From: Octopus vulgaris | Taxonomy: Eukaryota | Reading direction: 5' to 3' | Assembly: GCA_951406725.2 (NCBI GenBank) | Contig: OX597820.1 | Coordinates: 122,698,001-122,762,000 of the forward strand | Length of the DNA: 64,000 nt | The notes under the pieces: model-generated | Told to the model about the DNA's origin: nothing | The model's database searches: none | The model's input: the letters and a program-made list of their open reading frames with translations, nothing else | Program-made: the position numbers and the translations under genes | In this document: positions 42,081 through 56,224 of the stretch, one piece after another | Numbering within the stretch: position 1 is the stretch's first letter | Layout of the letters: the number at the start of each line of letters is the position of its first letter

Positions 42081-42156
42081 TTGTCATTATAGTACTCAGA
42101 GTTTCGAATGTCGGGGCGAAGAGCTACGATACATTCTCATCGGCTATTAATGGCAA
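42081..42156 (-). ncRNA. Type-I hammerhead ribozyme, CCGANGA core variant
   Basis: Minus strand TTGCCATTAATAG CCGATGA GAATGT...ACATTC GAAA CTCTGAG TA CTATAATGACAA. Confidence 0.8.
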
Positions 42157-42335
42157 CAGATGCGACGAAAAACCGTTAAATAAAAGGGCAGTAACTCTAA
42201 TAGATGGAAAAAAGATTAAAAAAATACACCTAAATCATAGATATAAACCTCCTGAGTTCACAACGTCTACATATGTACGCACTCACACAAACATCTAAGT
42301 ATGTACGTATTCATACATACACATATATCCACATG

Positions 42336-42366
<31 letters not shown>

Positions 42367-42389
42367 GTATATATGTACATGTGTGTATG

Positions 42390-42429
<40 letters not shown>

Positions 42430-42730
42430 ACCTCATCCTCATATACACATACTTGTTTACATGCATTCACGTAACATAATACATATATATTTAGACATTT
42501 ATACGCATAAATATACAGACATAAATTCGCTTATATATATATTGTTTTACATGATCACCTCACATGCATAAACCAAACTACTAACAGTTTCACGTACATG
42601 GCAACCCAAGGACGTGAAACTATTATTAGCAAGGATTATTATGCAAATGAGGTAATCGTATAAAACAACACTCTTACTCACGCCAAAATGAGTACCCTTT
42701 TGTGGAACGTTATTACATGAAACAATTCAT

Positions 42731-42762
<32 letters not shown>

Positions 42763-42764
42763 CG

Positions 42765-42985
42765 TGGAGGTGCAATGGCCCAGCGGTTAGGGCATCGGAC
42801 TCGCGGTCGTAGGGTCGTGGTGATCCCTGCTGTACTCTTTCACCACAAACTTCATTCTTTCTTCTGTTGGCCTGCTCGCTTAGTCAGCGGGGTGGTGTCA
42901 CTGAAGGTTAAAACAATGCGAAGCGCATTGTGACCAGCGATGTGTAGCTACATCTGATGGCCTGGTTGGTCACATGACCACGTTA
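42765..42985 (+). mobile_element. SINE family C, internally deleted
   Basis: Homology to 8704-9015. Confidence 0.8.
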
Positions 42986-43037
42986 AACTCACACACACAC
43001 ATACATACACATACATACATATATATATATGTGTGAA

Positions 43038-43373
43038 TGCGCATGGCTCAGTGGTTAGAGCGTCGAGCTTACGATCGTGAGGTTGTGAGCTGGAATCCCG
43101 GACCGGGCTACGTGTTGTGTTCTTGAGCAAGACACTTTATTTCACGTTGCTCCAGTTCATTCAGCTGTAGAAATGAGTTGCGACGTCACGGGTGCCAAGC
43201 TGTATCGGCCCCTTTGCCTTCCCCTTGGATAAACACTGGTGGCGTGGAGAGGGAAGCCGGTATGCATGGGCGACTGCTGGTCTTCCATAAACCACCTTGC
43301 CCAGACTTGTGACTAGGAGGGTAACTTTCTAAGTGCAATCCCATGGTTAGTGTCGAGACCGAAGGGGTTCCCG
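43038..43373 (+). mobile_element. tRNA-headed CORE-like SINE (family E)
   Basis: TGGCTCAGTGGTTAGAGCG A-box, CORE-like GTGTTCTTGAGCAAGACACTTTA, ends at (TA)n. Confidence 0.75.
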
Positions 43374-43426
<53 letters not shown>

Positions 43427-43586
43427 ATATATATATTGAATTCGTTACTTGTATATCTACAGTATCCTACCAACACCAGCTGCCTTTTTGGTTGTTTACT
43501 TCACAGTAAACCCTTTGTTATTGTACCGAGGCATTTTCGGCGTCTTACCTATTGATGTGCCTAAATTCTAATGAATCCTATTACCA

Positions 43587-43677
<91 letters not shown>

Positions 43678-44068
43678 ATATAGGATAAAAGTTTTCGAAA
43701 AAAATTCTATCAATGGCCAGCATATTAAAAATACCTTTAAAGGTTAAATTTATAAACAACTTATAAACAAGGGCAAAAGAAAAAATTTCTAATGCCAAAT
43801 ATGCCGAAAATAGATACTTCGTCAATAACCATATAATTTATCACTATAAGTACGTGTCTCGAAGAAAACCGACAGAAATTTCTAAAAGAAATTCCGTTAT
43901 TACCATATCGGACCCGATTTCAGAGTTAATTCATAAGAACCTTCCTTTTATCAGTGATAAATGCGGCAAAAGAATAAATGAAATACTTACTTATACCCAT
44001 ATGAGAAGTAAATACCACGACATGAGCAAAATTAAGTACTCAAATATATCCAAAATAGAAATTCTCCA

Positions 44069-44139
<71 letters not shown>

Positions 44140-44231
44140 TAAAAATGGTAAGATAACAAAAGAAAGAAAGATACCTCAATATATGTAAATAGAGGAATGT
44201 ATCTGTCAATATAACATCTGGTTGGATGGCC

Positions 44232-44294
44232 AGATAACTGAAGAGATGGTGGTGTGGATTTCCACCTCGGCATCCGAAACTCAGAGTTTTATCT
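44232..44294 (+). ncRNA. Type-I hammerhead ribozyme
   Basis: AGATAA CTGAAGA GATG...CATC C GAAA CTCAGAG TT TTATCT; unit 44138-44330 lies between TA repeats. Confidence 0.8.
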
Positions 44295-44382
44295 TGGCTA
44301 CCGAATAATTGTCACATATTATATTTACAGATATATATACATATATATGTGTGTGTCTGTGTGTGTGTATGCATATATATTC

Positions 44383-44426
<44 letters not shown>

Positions 44427-45326
44427 ACACACACACTCATCGTGTCGTAGACATTTGAATCTTACAGATAAACGGAATCCTGGAAAATATTAACTGTAGA
44501 TTCGAACTTAAAACCTGTAAGTTACCATGTAATACTGTATGTCTTTGATTAATTTACTTCTAAGAGTGTACGCTTCTCCCTGCATCTGTGTGCATCTGTT
44601 TGTGTGTGTGTATTTGGTCTTGTGTGTGTGTGTATGTGTGTGTGCTTGGACTTGTGTATGTATTCGTATCTTCTTTCAGTAATCGTTTTATTCTTGTGCA
44701 TTCATATCTGAAGTTTGTCGAATGACTCAAACGTTGCCGCTTCTATGTAATCCCTTCTCCATATATTTGATATGAATAATGGCAGCACCAATGAGTCTGT
44801 GTTCACTCAGCATAGATTAGCGAACGACCGCTGTGTGCCAGAATCGGTCCGAAAAAACATCGCCGACCATTTGTTGTCTGATACCTAGACCGCTCAACAT
44901 CCTTTTTGAAGAACAAGTCGGTTAAAATAACATCCAGAGAATGCTATAACCAAGGCATCACAGCCATCGTCAAAGGAACAGAATGGAATTTGAAGAATCA
45001 GAAAACCAAAGAAGCCGTCAACCTCGTTAAAGTAAAAATCCAGCTTCAACCAGTGGGGTGGCCAGACACAAATTGGTTAATATAATACCACCAATCGAGG
45101 TATGTTGCAACAATCACCAACAGAACCTGTCTATGCATGTAAGAATGACATTCCGCTTTACTTCATTCAATATGGGTGGTCGAAATATTGAAGAAAAAAA
45201 GTTAAAAGTTTGAAACTGTGGCCTTGACTTCAAACTTGCAACCTTACGGCTTTCTCAGTCACTGTAAGTAGGCATACATACATACAAACATACATACATA
45301 CATACATACATACATACATACATACA

Positions 45327-45400
<74 letters not shown>

Positions 45401-45488
45401 TATATAGATATATTCGTGTTTAATGGTAATCACGCAGCGAAAGGCAAATACAAGGACATGCAGAAACACACTCACACATTCACTCACG

Positions 45489-46578
<1,090 letters not shown>

Positions 46579-46812
46579 TTATTATTGCACATTATGTTGT
46601 TGGGTTTCCATGTTTTTTGTGTTTTTTTCTTGTTTCTTTATCTACGGACATCCAAATCAGTCTTGTCTATGGAAGGATGGGTACCAAAGTATTGACAAGG
46701 TTTAGGTTCGCCAACGTTAGCGAATTTTTTCATATACATGTGTGTATAAGTTTGCATTACAGATCTTGAAAATTCATACAAATTTGTGTGTGTATGTGTT
46801 ATAATATGAGTG

Positions 46813-46881
<69 letters not shown>

Positions 46882-47494
46882 GTATGTCTGTGTATGTGTG
46901 TGTGTGTGTATGTGTGTGTGTGTGTGCCTAGATAACTATAATCAATAGTTATCTAGGCACAGAAAATGTGTAAACACACAAATACATACGTATGTAAAAA
47001 AAAGTATACGAACATACGTTTGCGCATGTAGGTGAGTGCGTATGTGTATGTGAGAGTACTAGCATACACGTATGTATATATGTGTATTTGTGTGTGTGTG
47101 TGTGTGTGTATGCGTGTATGTGCGCGCATTGTGAAAGCATATGTCTATGTATGAATACAAATGCCGATAGAATACTTTTGGGATAACAAAAATTCCATTT
47201 TTTTCCCAGAATTTTTTTTCTTTCACTTATTTACCCTTCAATGCAGCGGCAGAGCGCGGTGTGGTGTGGCTTAGCAATAGATTAAATTGCGGAATGTCGA
47301 TGAAATCTACAAATGGCGTGCAAGAGGAGTGTGAATGGAGTGTAAATGGAGTGCAGATGGAGTGTAAATGGAGTGCAGATGGAGTGGGATGTTGTGATGC
47401 AGAGCGTAGGATAGAGAGAAAAATGAATATTTGCTATTGGATGTGGTTGGGAATGTGGTGGTTTAGTCGAATGTAAGTGGAACGGTGCCGCATG

Positions 47495-47507
47495 TAGTGG
47501 TGGTGGC

Positions 47508-47542
<35 letters not shown>

Positions 47543-47579
47543 TGGTGGTGGTGGCGGTGGTGGTGGTGGTGGCGGTGGC

Positions 47580-47611
<32 letters not shown>

Positions 47612-47729
47612 TGGCGGTGGCGGTGGCGGTGGCGGTGGCGGTGGCGGCGGTGGTGGTGGCGGTGGCGGTGGTGGTGGCGGTGGTGGTGGCGGTGGCGGTG
47701 GCGGTGGCGGCGGTGGTGGTGGCGGTGGC

Positions 47730-47761
<32 letters not shown>

Positions 47762-47792
47762 TGGCGGTGGTGGTGGCGGTGGTGGTGGTGGT
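47495..47792. repeat. GC-rich (GTG/GCG)n repeat
   Basis: About 300 bp of GTGGCG/GTG units. Confidence 0.95.
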
Positions 47793-48843
47793 GAGTTCGC
47801 CAGTTATATGCGAGAGATTGAAAAAGGAGTTGAGAGAAAGAGAGAAAGATGGGAAAGGTGATGTAAAGCCCGGAGAAATAGCGTGCCGTTGGGGGGGATA
47901 ATTGTAAATGTAGTTGGGTTGGAGTTCAATTGGATCTGGGTTGGTCTGTAAGAGAGGGATCTGGTTTTCGGGAGTGACATCTCTCGATCTTTTATTCGCT
48001 GCCCAATTTATAATTTCATTCTTCTATTAGTTCTCTCATTGTCCCAAGGGAGTCATTTCTCGGCAGTTTCATCTATGAAATGGACAGCATTTGAAGTTGG
48101 AATTTAAGGGGTCAATGTTGCTGGATAGTAGCAGAACCTTGTACTGAAGTGACACCTTCAAAGCCAGCGATGTCTATACTAGGAGTGACTAAGTAAGGTT
48201 AGCATGAACTTCCAACCGAATTCTTTGTTTCCTCTTTTGATATTTATTATTTTTATGCATTAATTTGTTTATCGTTTCAGAATATTTATGAATCATCTGT
48301 GGATAATTCTTTAGATGTAAACAACAATCATATCCATTCCCCGATTCAGTTATCTCTTCCTGCTGGCATCGATTTAACGCCATTTGGGAAAACGGAAAAA
48401 GCAGATAACATATATTTCCAATATTCGCTTCCATTAAATATTATGACATACATGCGTAATAAATTCGGTCCTGGCTGCAAATATAACTGTAATAAAGACA
48501 ACTTTCATAACAATTTTAGCATGAAGATATGTCTTCAAACATCTCTCAACACAGAATCAAGACCACCACCAAAGAGATGCACTGCGTTTATCACTTCAAC
48601 GTCCCTAGTACAAATGCATTGAAAGTGTTTTGTCGGGTATTTAAGCAATCCTCTTGACTCTACCTATTTAGGTAGCATCTCTATTGGGTATAATTATCAG
48701 ATTATATGAGTACTTGCGATAAGCTGGCGTTTTATGTGGCAGGACATAAATCCCTCACTTTTGCAATACTGAGAAGACAGATATAAATATATATATGACA
48801 ATTCATATAAAGATACTCAGAGTTTAGAAATCATTTCAGTTAG

Positions 48844-49275
48844 GGATCTTTTCCGTTTGAACGGCAGTTTTTTTCTAGCGGTGTTATATGAAATTGTCAC
48901 CCATAATTATGACCCAAGTATCGATCTATTGCATTTCAATCTCTTTTAGAGTTAGTTAGGGTTAGTTAGGGTTAGGGGTGGGGGAAGGGTATCTTTTTTT
49001 CTTCACAAATGTAAATAAACCCAATCTGTTTCTTAAACGAGGGACATATTCATACGACACAGAATGTTTTTTACCTCAATAGACGTCAGTGATTGGTTGA
49101 AATTGCAGAAATTGAAGAAAAAAAACAACAAATATCTTTCAAACTATAGACCTTTCTCAATAAAGCCAAGAGAAAAAGATGTTTTATAGACACATTCTAC
49201 CAGTATACGAAGTTAAAATTTTTTTTAGTTACCTAGAAATTATGTTAAAAACTGCCGGACAAACCGAAAAGATCC
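48844..49275 (+). mobile_element. TTAGGG-bearing MITE (copy 5), 8-bp TSD
   Basis: TSD TCAGTTAG 48836-43 and 49276-83. Confidence 0.95.
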
Positions 49276-49604
49276 TCAGTTAGTTTATACCACCAAATAT
49301 TACGCAAATAGCTTTCCAAACTTTTAAACTACAGAAATGGTCACAATCACTTCTTTATTGTTCAGTTTTAAAGTTAGGCTTCATGGCAAGGGAGATAATA
49401 TAGTTGTAAGTCAATGGATGTATTCTTAAATTGCTTTTTTATTTTGATGTCTTTAAATTTTAAGTTCAGAATAATCAGCTTCTTAGCTGCCTAAATATCT
49501 ATACCACTCAATTTCAGAAGCTCACCGAGTAATTGTAATAATCAATGTTATATACATACATTCATATCCATATACACACACACAAACACACACACATATG
49601 TATA

Positions 49605-49671
<67 letters not shown>

Positions 49672-49682
49672 ATGTATATATA

Positions 49683-49856
49683 AACAAGGGTGGTCAAAAA
49701 TCACCCGACAGTAAATCGGAATTCCATAAGTACCATCTGGAACTCTGTATTGACTCGGAAAGAAAAATGTGTCACTCAAGAAGGACTTCAGTTTCAACAA
49801 TTTTCATGATGTTTCAACTTTAGATGCTTTTATCAAATTCATTCAGTTGGCCAACC

Positions 49857-49860
<4 letters not shown>
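49683..49860. mobile_element. Possible Tc1/mariner-type MITE remnant
   Basis: CAAGGGTGGTCAA ... TTGGCCAACCGTA termini in TA context; right-end sequence recurs at about 50111-50135. Confidence 0.4.
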
Positions 49861-49911
<51 letters not shown>

Positions 49912-49915
<4 letters not shown>

Positions 49916-49968
49916 CAAAACTGTCCGACGAACGGGAACGTGAAACTCCGAGTAACAGCTTTTGTTAA
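49912..49968 (+). ncRNA. Compact type-I hammerhead ribozyme, CCGANGA core variant
   Basis: TTAACAAAA-CTGT CCGACGA ACG-GGAA-CGT GAAA CTCCGAG TA ACAG-C-TTTTGTTAA: 13-bp stem I with one bulge. Confidence 0.85.
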
Positions 49969-50065
49969 ATTTCTGCTGCTTTTAAATAAAGCATATTACT
50001 CTACCTCTGGTATTTGAGTACTCTTTCTTCCACCTTGCTTCACATCTATGTGTTTACTCCGGTAT

Positions 50066-50111
<46 letters not shown>

Positions 50112-51182
50112 TCATTCAGTTGGACAACTCTGTATATATATACACACTCACACAAATAACATCCATGAACTCTATAAAATACAACCAATTCTAACTTCAT
50201 ACAACTGCAGCTATCCGGATTAATAAGGAAATTTGGTGAGCACATGTGGCACAGTGGTCTCTGTTGCCAATTCTGATTCCTACAGAGCTAGGAGAAAGCT
50301 ACCTTTGAAGAATACATAAAGGCTTGCTTAATGCATGACGACCGCTCGGTTCAAAGTCTCCTTGACCACAAATGGCCTGAACTCTTTGCATGAACACCAC
50401 CCTGTACATAACTCCATGTCCCCCTACATGGCTTTCCTTTTTGCTTTTTGAACCAAATAATTAACTTAACTTAACTTAACATCGCTTCGGGGCGTCTGGC
50501 TTATTGCGTCCTGACTTCAAATCTCGTCGAAGTTGGGGATTGCACTTCATTCTTCTAGATCTATAAATAAAGAACTGGTCGATAAAAAAACCCTGTTAGG
50601 TTCTTGAAAGATCCCTACAAACAAAGTAGTTGATGGATGAATGGTAGGTTTATTTTATCATTTACAGGTTCACAGGCTGATTCACCGTCGATGTACTTGA
50701 CTTGGTACACTTTCCTTTGGCAAACATGTTGCTATTCTGTTGATGTCGACGTGACAATCACCGTCATGATGATTAAGTCTATAGCAATCGAGAGTCTTTC
50801 TTGTCTCATTCAGACAAGTTGCTAACATGGTGCGACATGGATAAACTCATTTTATGCTCCCTTTCTTTAAGGCCATTACATTTCATTTCCATTGCTATAT
50901 CTAGGTTTTAACGTTGTTGTAGTGGTTATTGTTTCCCGTGGACATAGCAAATCAATCATGGTGATTTACACAATAACGTTTATTCACAGACACCTTATTC
51001 AAACAACACAAAACCATGTTGGGACGACTGATAAAAAAAAAAAAAAACGCGGCGCTCTTTATAACAAACGATCCTTTCTTTCCATTTAAACAGCGGTATG
51101 TACACAGACGAATGGCTGGTTTAATAATAGATCACATCACTACATTATTATCCATTGAGTTGACAAGATGTAAATCTATACT

Positions 51183-51588
51183 CTTTACTCTTTTACTTGT
51201 TTCAGTCATTTGACTGCGGCCATGCTGGAGCACCGCCTTTAGTCGAGGAAATCGACTCCTAGGACTTATTCTTTGTAAGCCTGGTACTTATTTTATCGGT
51301 CTCTTTTGCCGAACCGCTAAGTTACGGGGACGTAAACACACCAGCATCGGTTGTCAAGCGATGTTGGGGAGACAAACACAGACACACAAACACACACATA
51401 CATATATATATATATATACATATATACGACGGGTTTCTTTCAGTTTCCGTCTACCAAATCCACTCACAAGGCTTTGGTCGGCCCGGGGCTATAGTAGAAA
51501 ACACTTGCACAAGGTGCCACGCAGTGGGACTGAACCCGGAACCATATGGTTGGTAAGCAAGCTACTTACCACACAGCCACTCCTGCGC
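51183..51588 (-). mobile_element. SINE family A, full length
   Basis: tRNA-like head, CORE-like box, internal (CA)(TA)n, tail AGTAAAAG repeats. Confidence 0.9.
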
Positions 51589-52258
51589 GTGTAGTACAAC
51601 TTTTATGGCTAAATCGTCTCGATGGGTCGATTTTGTGCAGTTCATGCAAACACTTTGCGCTTATGATCCGCGTAGAGAAGAACTTACCCAAAAGATCTTC
51701 ACTGTAAGCTGCTTATGAATTGGGTTTCTATCTGGCTCTCACATCGCTACAGATATTTGCTCTCTATCTTACAATTTTTACAAACGAAATAATGTCGGTA
51801 TTTTACAGACAGGTCCAGTAATAGCTTGTACTTTTAATTTGTAAATTAAACATGCACTTTCTGAATGTGGGTACTAGGTATGTTATCTCCTTCTTTAAGC
51901 AAGTGTGTACGCTACCTAAGATAATAATGTAGTGTTATAGTTCAGTTAATTTAATTCTAGAGTGATAGAGTCCCATTGTTGCATGTTCCTCGTTTTCCAT
52001 TTCAGGTGTATTTAGTTGTTCGATACCTGTTTGCATTTCAATCATTTCTGTTGTTCAGCAGAACTATAATCTACAGCGTTTCATCAGTGACCACCCACCC
52101 TTTTTATATTATAGGAGAGTAGGTATAGGTCTAATTTTTCAACGTATTCATTCATTAAAACCATTATAGTATGAGTAAAGAGATTACTTAGCTGCTATTT
52201 CTAGCAATAATTATGTCGGTCATGAATGCTACTAGTAACATGCAGTGTTACTAGTAGC

Positions 52259-52590
52259 ATTCTTATGAGAGCTCAAAATCTCTCGTGGAAGCGTCATCCA
52301 ACCAAAGTACAAATATATGGGAAACTACTACCTGTGTCATCTCTTGTGAAAGGTAGAAGAGTCCAGTTTGCTGGACATTGTTGTAGAGCTGAAAACGAGG
52401 CAATTTCTACTCTTCTCCTCTGGAAGCCATCTGCTCGCGATACCAGAGGACGCACACTCTCCTACCCTGATGTAATCTCCAGGGATACAGGCATCCAGCA
52501 GCAGGACCTCCGTATTGCTATGATGGACCGTGCAGTCTGGCGTGGCATGGTAAATTCCATTGTCTCGACCACGGTCGAACAATGATGATG
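52259..52590 (+). mobile_element. RTE-like LINE 3' end
   Basis: LMRAQNLSWKRHPT...RRVQFAGHCCR...MMDRAVWR, (TGA)n tail; near-identical to 28118-28388. Confidence 0.85.
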
Positions 52591-52954
52591 TGCACATGCT
52601 GTCCGCTACAACTGGCTGCATGGTCAATTCGTCGATAAATAAACTGCCTCCAGTATTGTCAGGTGAAGAGTATTGCTAGAAACTTCGGACAAATAATACC
52701 ACTCGAAGCAGGGACGGCTCCAGCGATAATGAAGTTATAGATGTTTAGACATTACGAATCATTATATTAATGTTTGTTTTTGTGTCCAGGTGAAATAAAA
52801 AAAAAATTACACCAATATGAAGGTCTTTCCATACTTTTGTAGAGTACAAGTTTATTATTCTTAAATAAGCATAGTATTGGCAGGGACTTCGAAGTTTCAG
52901 CCAGCTAAGTCATCATCGACTAAAATTACACACGCCGGCGCACACACACACATA

Positions 52955-53374
52955 GGATCTTTTCCGTTTGAACGGCAGTTTTTTCTAGTGGTGTCATATG
53001 AAATTGTCACCCATAATTATGACCCTAGTATCGGTCTATTGCATTTCAATCTGTTTTAGGGTTAGTTAGGGTTAGGGGGAAAGGTATCTTTTTTTCTTCA
53101 CAAATGTAAATAAACCTAATCTGTTTCTTAAACGAGGGACATATTCATACGGCATAGAATGTTTTTTTTTTACCTCAATAGACGTCAGTGATTGTTTGAA
53201 ATTGCAGAAATTGAAGAAAAAACAACAACAAATATCTTACAAACTATAGAATTTTCTCAATAAAGCCAAGAGAAAAAGATGTTTTATAAACACATTCTAC
53301 CAGTATAGGAAGTTTAAAATTTTTTAGTTACCTAGAAATAATGTTAAAAACTGCCGTTCAAACCGAAAAGATCC
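52955..53374 (+). mobile_element. TTAGGG-bearing MITE (copy 6), 8-bp TSD
   Basis: TSD CACACATA 52947-54 and 53375-82. Confidence 0.95.
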
Positions 53375-53868
53375 CACACATATACTTTAAGTTCGTTTAC
53401 GGGAAACGTGTTAAATATGCAAATAAAAAGCTCCTATTCTATTATGCCGGCAACAGCCTAATGATACCAACTGGCAGCACCAGTTTTTGAGGGTGGCACC
53501 GAGTTGTGCCGATATAATGTAGGATAAACATAGTAATAAGAATAATAATAATCATCGTTGGATGGAATTAATAAATATCGTAATGCATCGGTACGCGCGT
53601 TTCCACAATTTACATGTTTCTTATAATCATAGTCTGTATTCCTAGAGTGATTACAGTGCAGACAGCAAAATTTAGATTCGGATGAATATGGTACTTAAGT
53701 TAAAGGCACCAGAATTTGGTATGGTATTATCCATATAAATCAAATGGGGTGATTATAGCTTATTGATAAAATTAACCCCTCTGTCTCTATATCTACCCTC
53801 TTTGTAATGTTGGCAAATGAAATAAGTATAACAATGTACATTGTTCATTTAATTAAAAAAATTCCATA

Positions 53869-53956
53869 TGTGGCTGAAGATTGCTTTACATTTTAAAACT
53901 GATGTAATACTTACATTGTTTAATAAAATGAAGTAGCATGAAACGATTGTACTACA
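53869..53956 (+). ncRNA. Type-I hammerhead ribozyme with long stem II
   Basis: TGTGG CTGAAGA T TGCTTTACATTTTA...TAAAATGAAGTAGCA T GAAA CGATTG TA CTACA; 3' flank runs into (TA)n at about 53988. Confidence 0.75.
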
Positions 53957-54000
53957 CTACTTCGGATATACTTGTTGCTTATTTTGTATATATATATATA

Positions 54001-54039
<39 letters not shown>

Positions 54040-54197
54040 ATATATATATAAATATATCTGAGGAGTACTTCGTCGGTTACGACGACGAGGGTCTCAGCTG
54101 TTACGATCAACGTGAAATTAACGTGCAAGTGGCTGAGCACTCCACAGACTCGTGTACCCTTATGGTAGTTCTCAGGAATATTCAGCGTGACACAACT

Positions 54198-54991
54198 CGA
54201 TGGGAAAAGTTCAGAAGTATGAAGCATGGCTCCACATGCTTTATGTGACAAAAACAAATACCAACGAGCCACCATCTCCGCTGGTTTGCTTGCTCGTCAC
54301 CGCTCCAATCCTGGACACATGCAACGATTTCTTTACCGAATCGTTACAGGAGACGAAAAATGGTGCATGTACATCAATATGAAGTAGCGTAAGGAATGGC
54401 TTAGCCCCGGTAAACAAGCGAAACCACGCGTGAAACAAGATCTTCATCCGCGTAAAACGATGTTGTGCTTATGGTGGGACTGGGAAGGGTTTATTCATTA
54501 CGAAATGCTTGAACGGAACCAAATGGTCAACGCAGAACGGTTCAACAGATGGAACGACTAAAGACGGCTATTCAAGAGAAAAGACCTTAATCGCCCGCAA
54601 GGAGTTCTTCTGCTGCACAACAACGCCCGCCTTCATATCCCCAATATGACCAAGGAAGCCATTCAAACGCATGGCTGGGAAGTGCTGCTACACCCGCCGT
54701 ACTCTCCTGGTTTGGCACCAACGGATTTCCACCTCATTCGATCTCTTTCAAATGCTATGAGCGGAGTTTCGTTCAATACTGATGCAGAATTGAGAGCCTG
54801 GTTGGATCAATTTTTCGAGTCGAAATCGGATGATTTCTACCAACGAGGGATTGAAAATCTTGTTGAAAGTTGGGTAGAATTTGTAAACAACAAGTGTGAA
54901 TACATTATTCATTAATTAGTTGTTATTTTTTAATAAATCGTTTTAAAAATTCAAATTTAAAAAAAGGCGGAAACTTAGTTGCCAACCTAAT
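54198..54991 (+). mobile_element. 5'-truncated mariner transposase pseudogene with right TIR
   Basis: RIVTGDEKWC, KTMLCLWWDWEG, HNNARLH, HPPYSPGLAPTDFHL; stops and frameshifts; ends GGAAACTTAGTTGCCAACCTAATA. Confidence 0.92.
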
Positions 54992-56193
54992 ATATATTTT
55001 AGTCAGTCATCATTCGGAAAGAAAGAGAGAGATGAAGCACGTATTGTAATTACGTTTTCCGTTTGTGTACCTACACACACACACACACATATATATACCC
55101 AAAGACACACCTATACACAAACACACTCACACGCGTACACATTCAAACACGCTCACACATGTACACACATATGGATACCCGCACGCACACGAATGCACGT
55201 ACACACATACAAATGTATTTGCGTGCCCCTAAGTTTACTCATCTATACAAATGAATACAAGCATAGCACCCACCTAGAAAGACACACATCACACACCCAC
55301 ACAGGCGTACACACGCGAATATACACACATATATTTTCTGTTGTGTATACACCCCCCATACACACACAACTCCGACATTTGTAAAACAACATTGATAAAG
55401 TTAGTAGTATTGTTCCCATCGCCGTTTTCATTGCAGTTTTCTTTGTTATCAACAGAATTAACCAATTTCGTGTTTGTTTGTTGCCAGTTATTGTTTTGCC
55501 GTTGTTCCATTCAACTGGGACTGGAAAATCTAATACATGCATTAATGCAGGCTGTGGTTGACTAGAAATCCAGAGATTAGCGCTTGAGGCAGGATGATCG
55601 AGCTTCTCTACGCCATTTCAAAATGGTTGCTCACTCCGCGAAACATGGCGATCAACTTAGCCAGCGAGCTAGTTGCTGTAATTATTAACTTGTCTAGATT
55701 AAATATAGGATAAGTGAGAGAGAGAGAGAGAGAGAGAGTGAGCGCTAGCCAACGAGATTACATTCTCTGTTCTTGACTGGAGGGTTTTTAGTTTTATACC
55801 GTCGTCATCGACGTAGTCTGTCGAATGTGTTGATATTACAACGAGATGACGACGACGACCACCACCATCACCACAACCACCATCACCACAACCACCACCA
55901 TCACCACGAATCTCATCAACATGAGACTGTTTTCTTCTTCACCGACATTGTCTCCATCATCAATCCAGGATTTAAAATAGCTACCGAATATTCAAACTAG
56001 GTTTTCCACATGAAATCATACTTCCCTATGAAAGAATTATTTAAATGATGCAATTAATTTGATTTAGCAAAAATATAAAATAGATCAAAAGCGGAAAGTA
56101 TACAAAAGATTTGCAAAAATATTTGAAAATGTTGATGTTAAGAGAATATATTTTAAAGAGCATATCAAGTCACTACAAATACATCCCAGAAAT

Positions 56194-56222
<29 letters not shown>

Positions 56223-56224
<2 letters not shown>

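Noticed and set aside
47485-47901. 138-aa Val/Ala-rich ORF
   Set aside because: Product of the (GTG/GCG)n repeat with a non-ATG start and non-coding-like flanks
52020-52095. Minus-strand CTGATGA...AGAAATGATTG hammerhead-like string (similar weak cases near 15170, 48815 and 59580)
   Set aside because: Stems I and III cannot be closed convincingly
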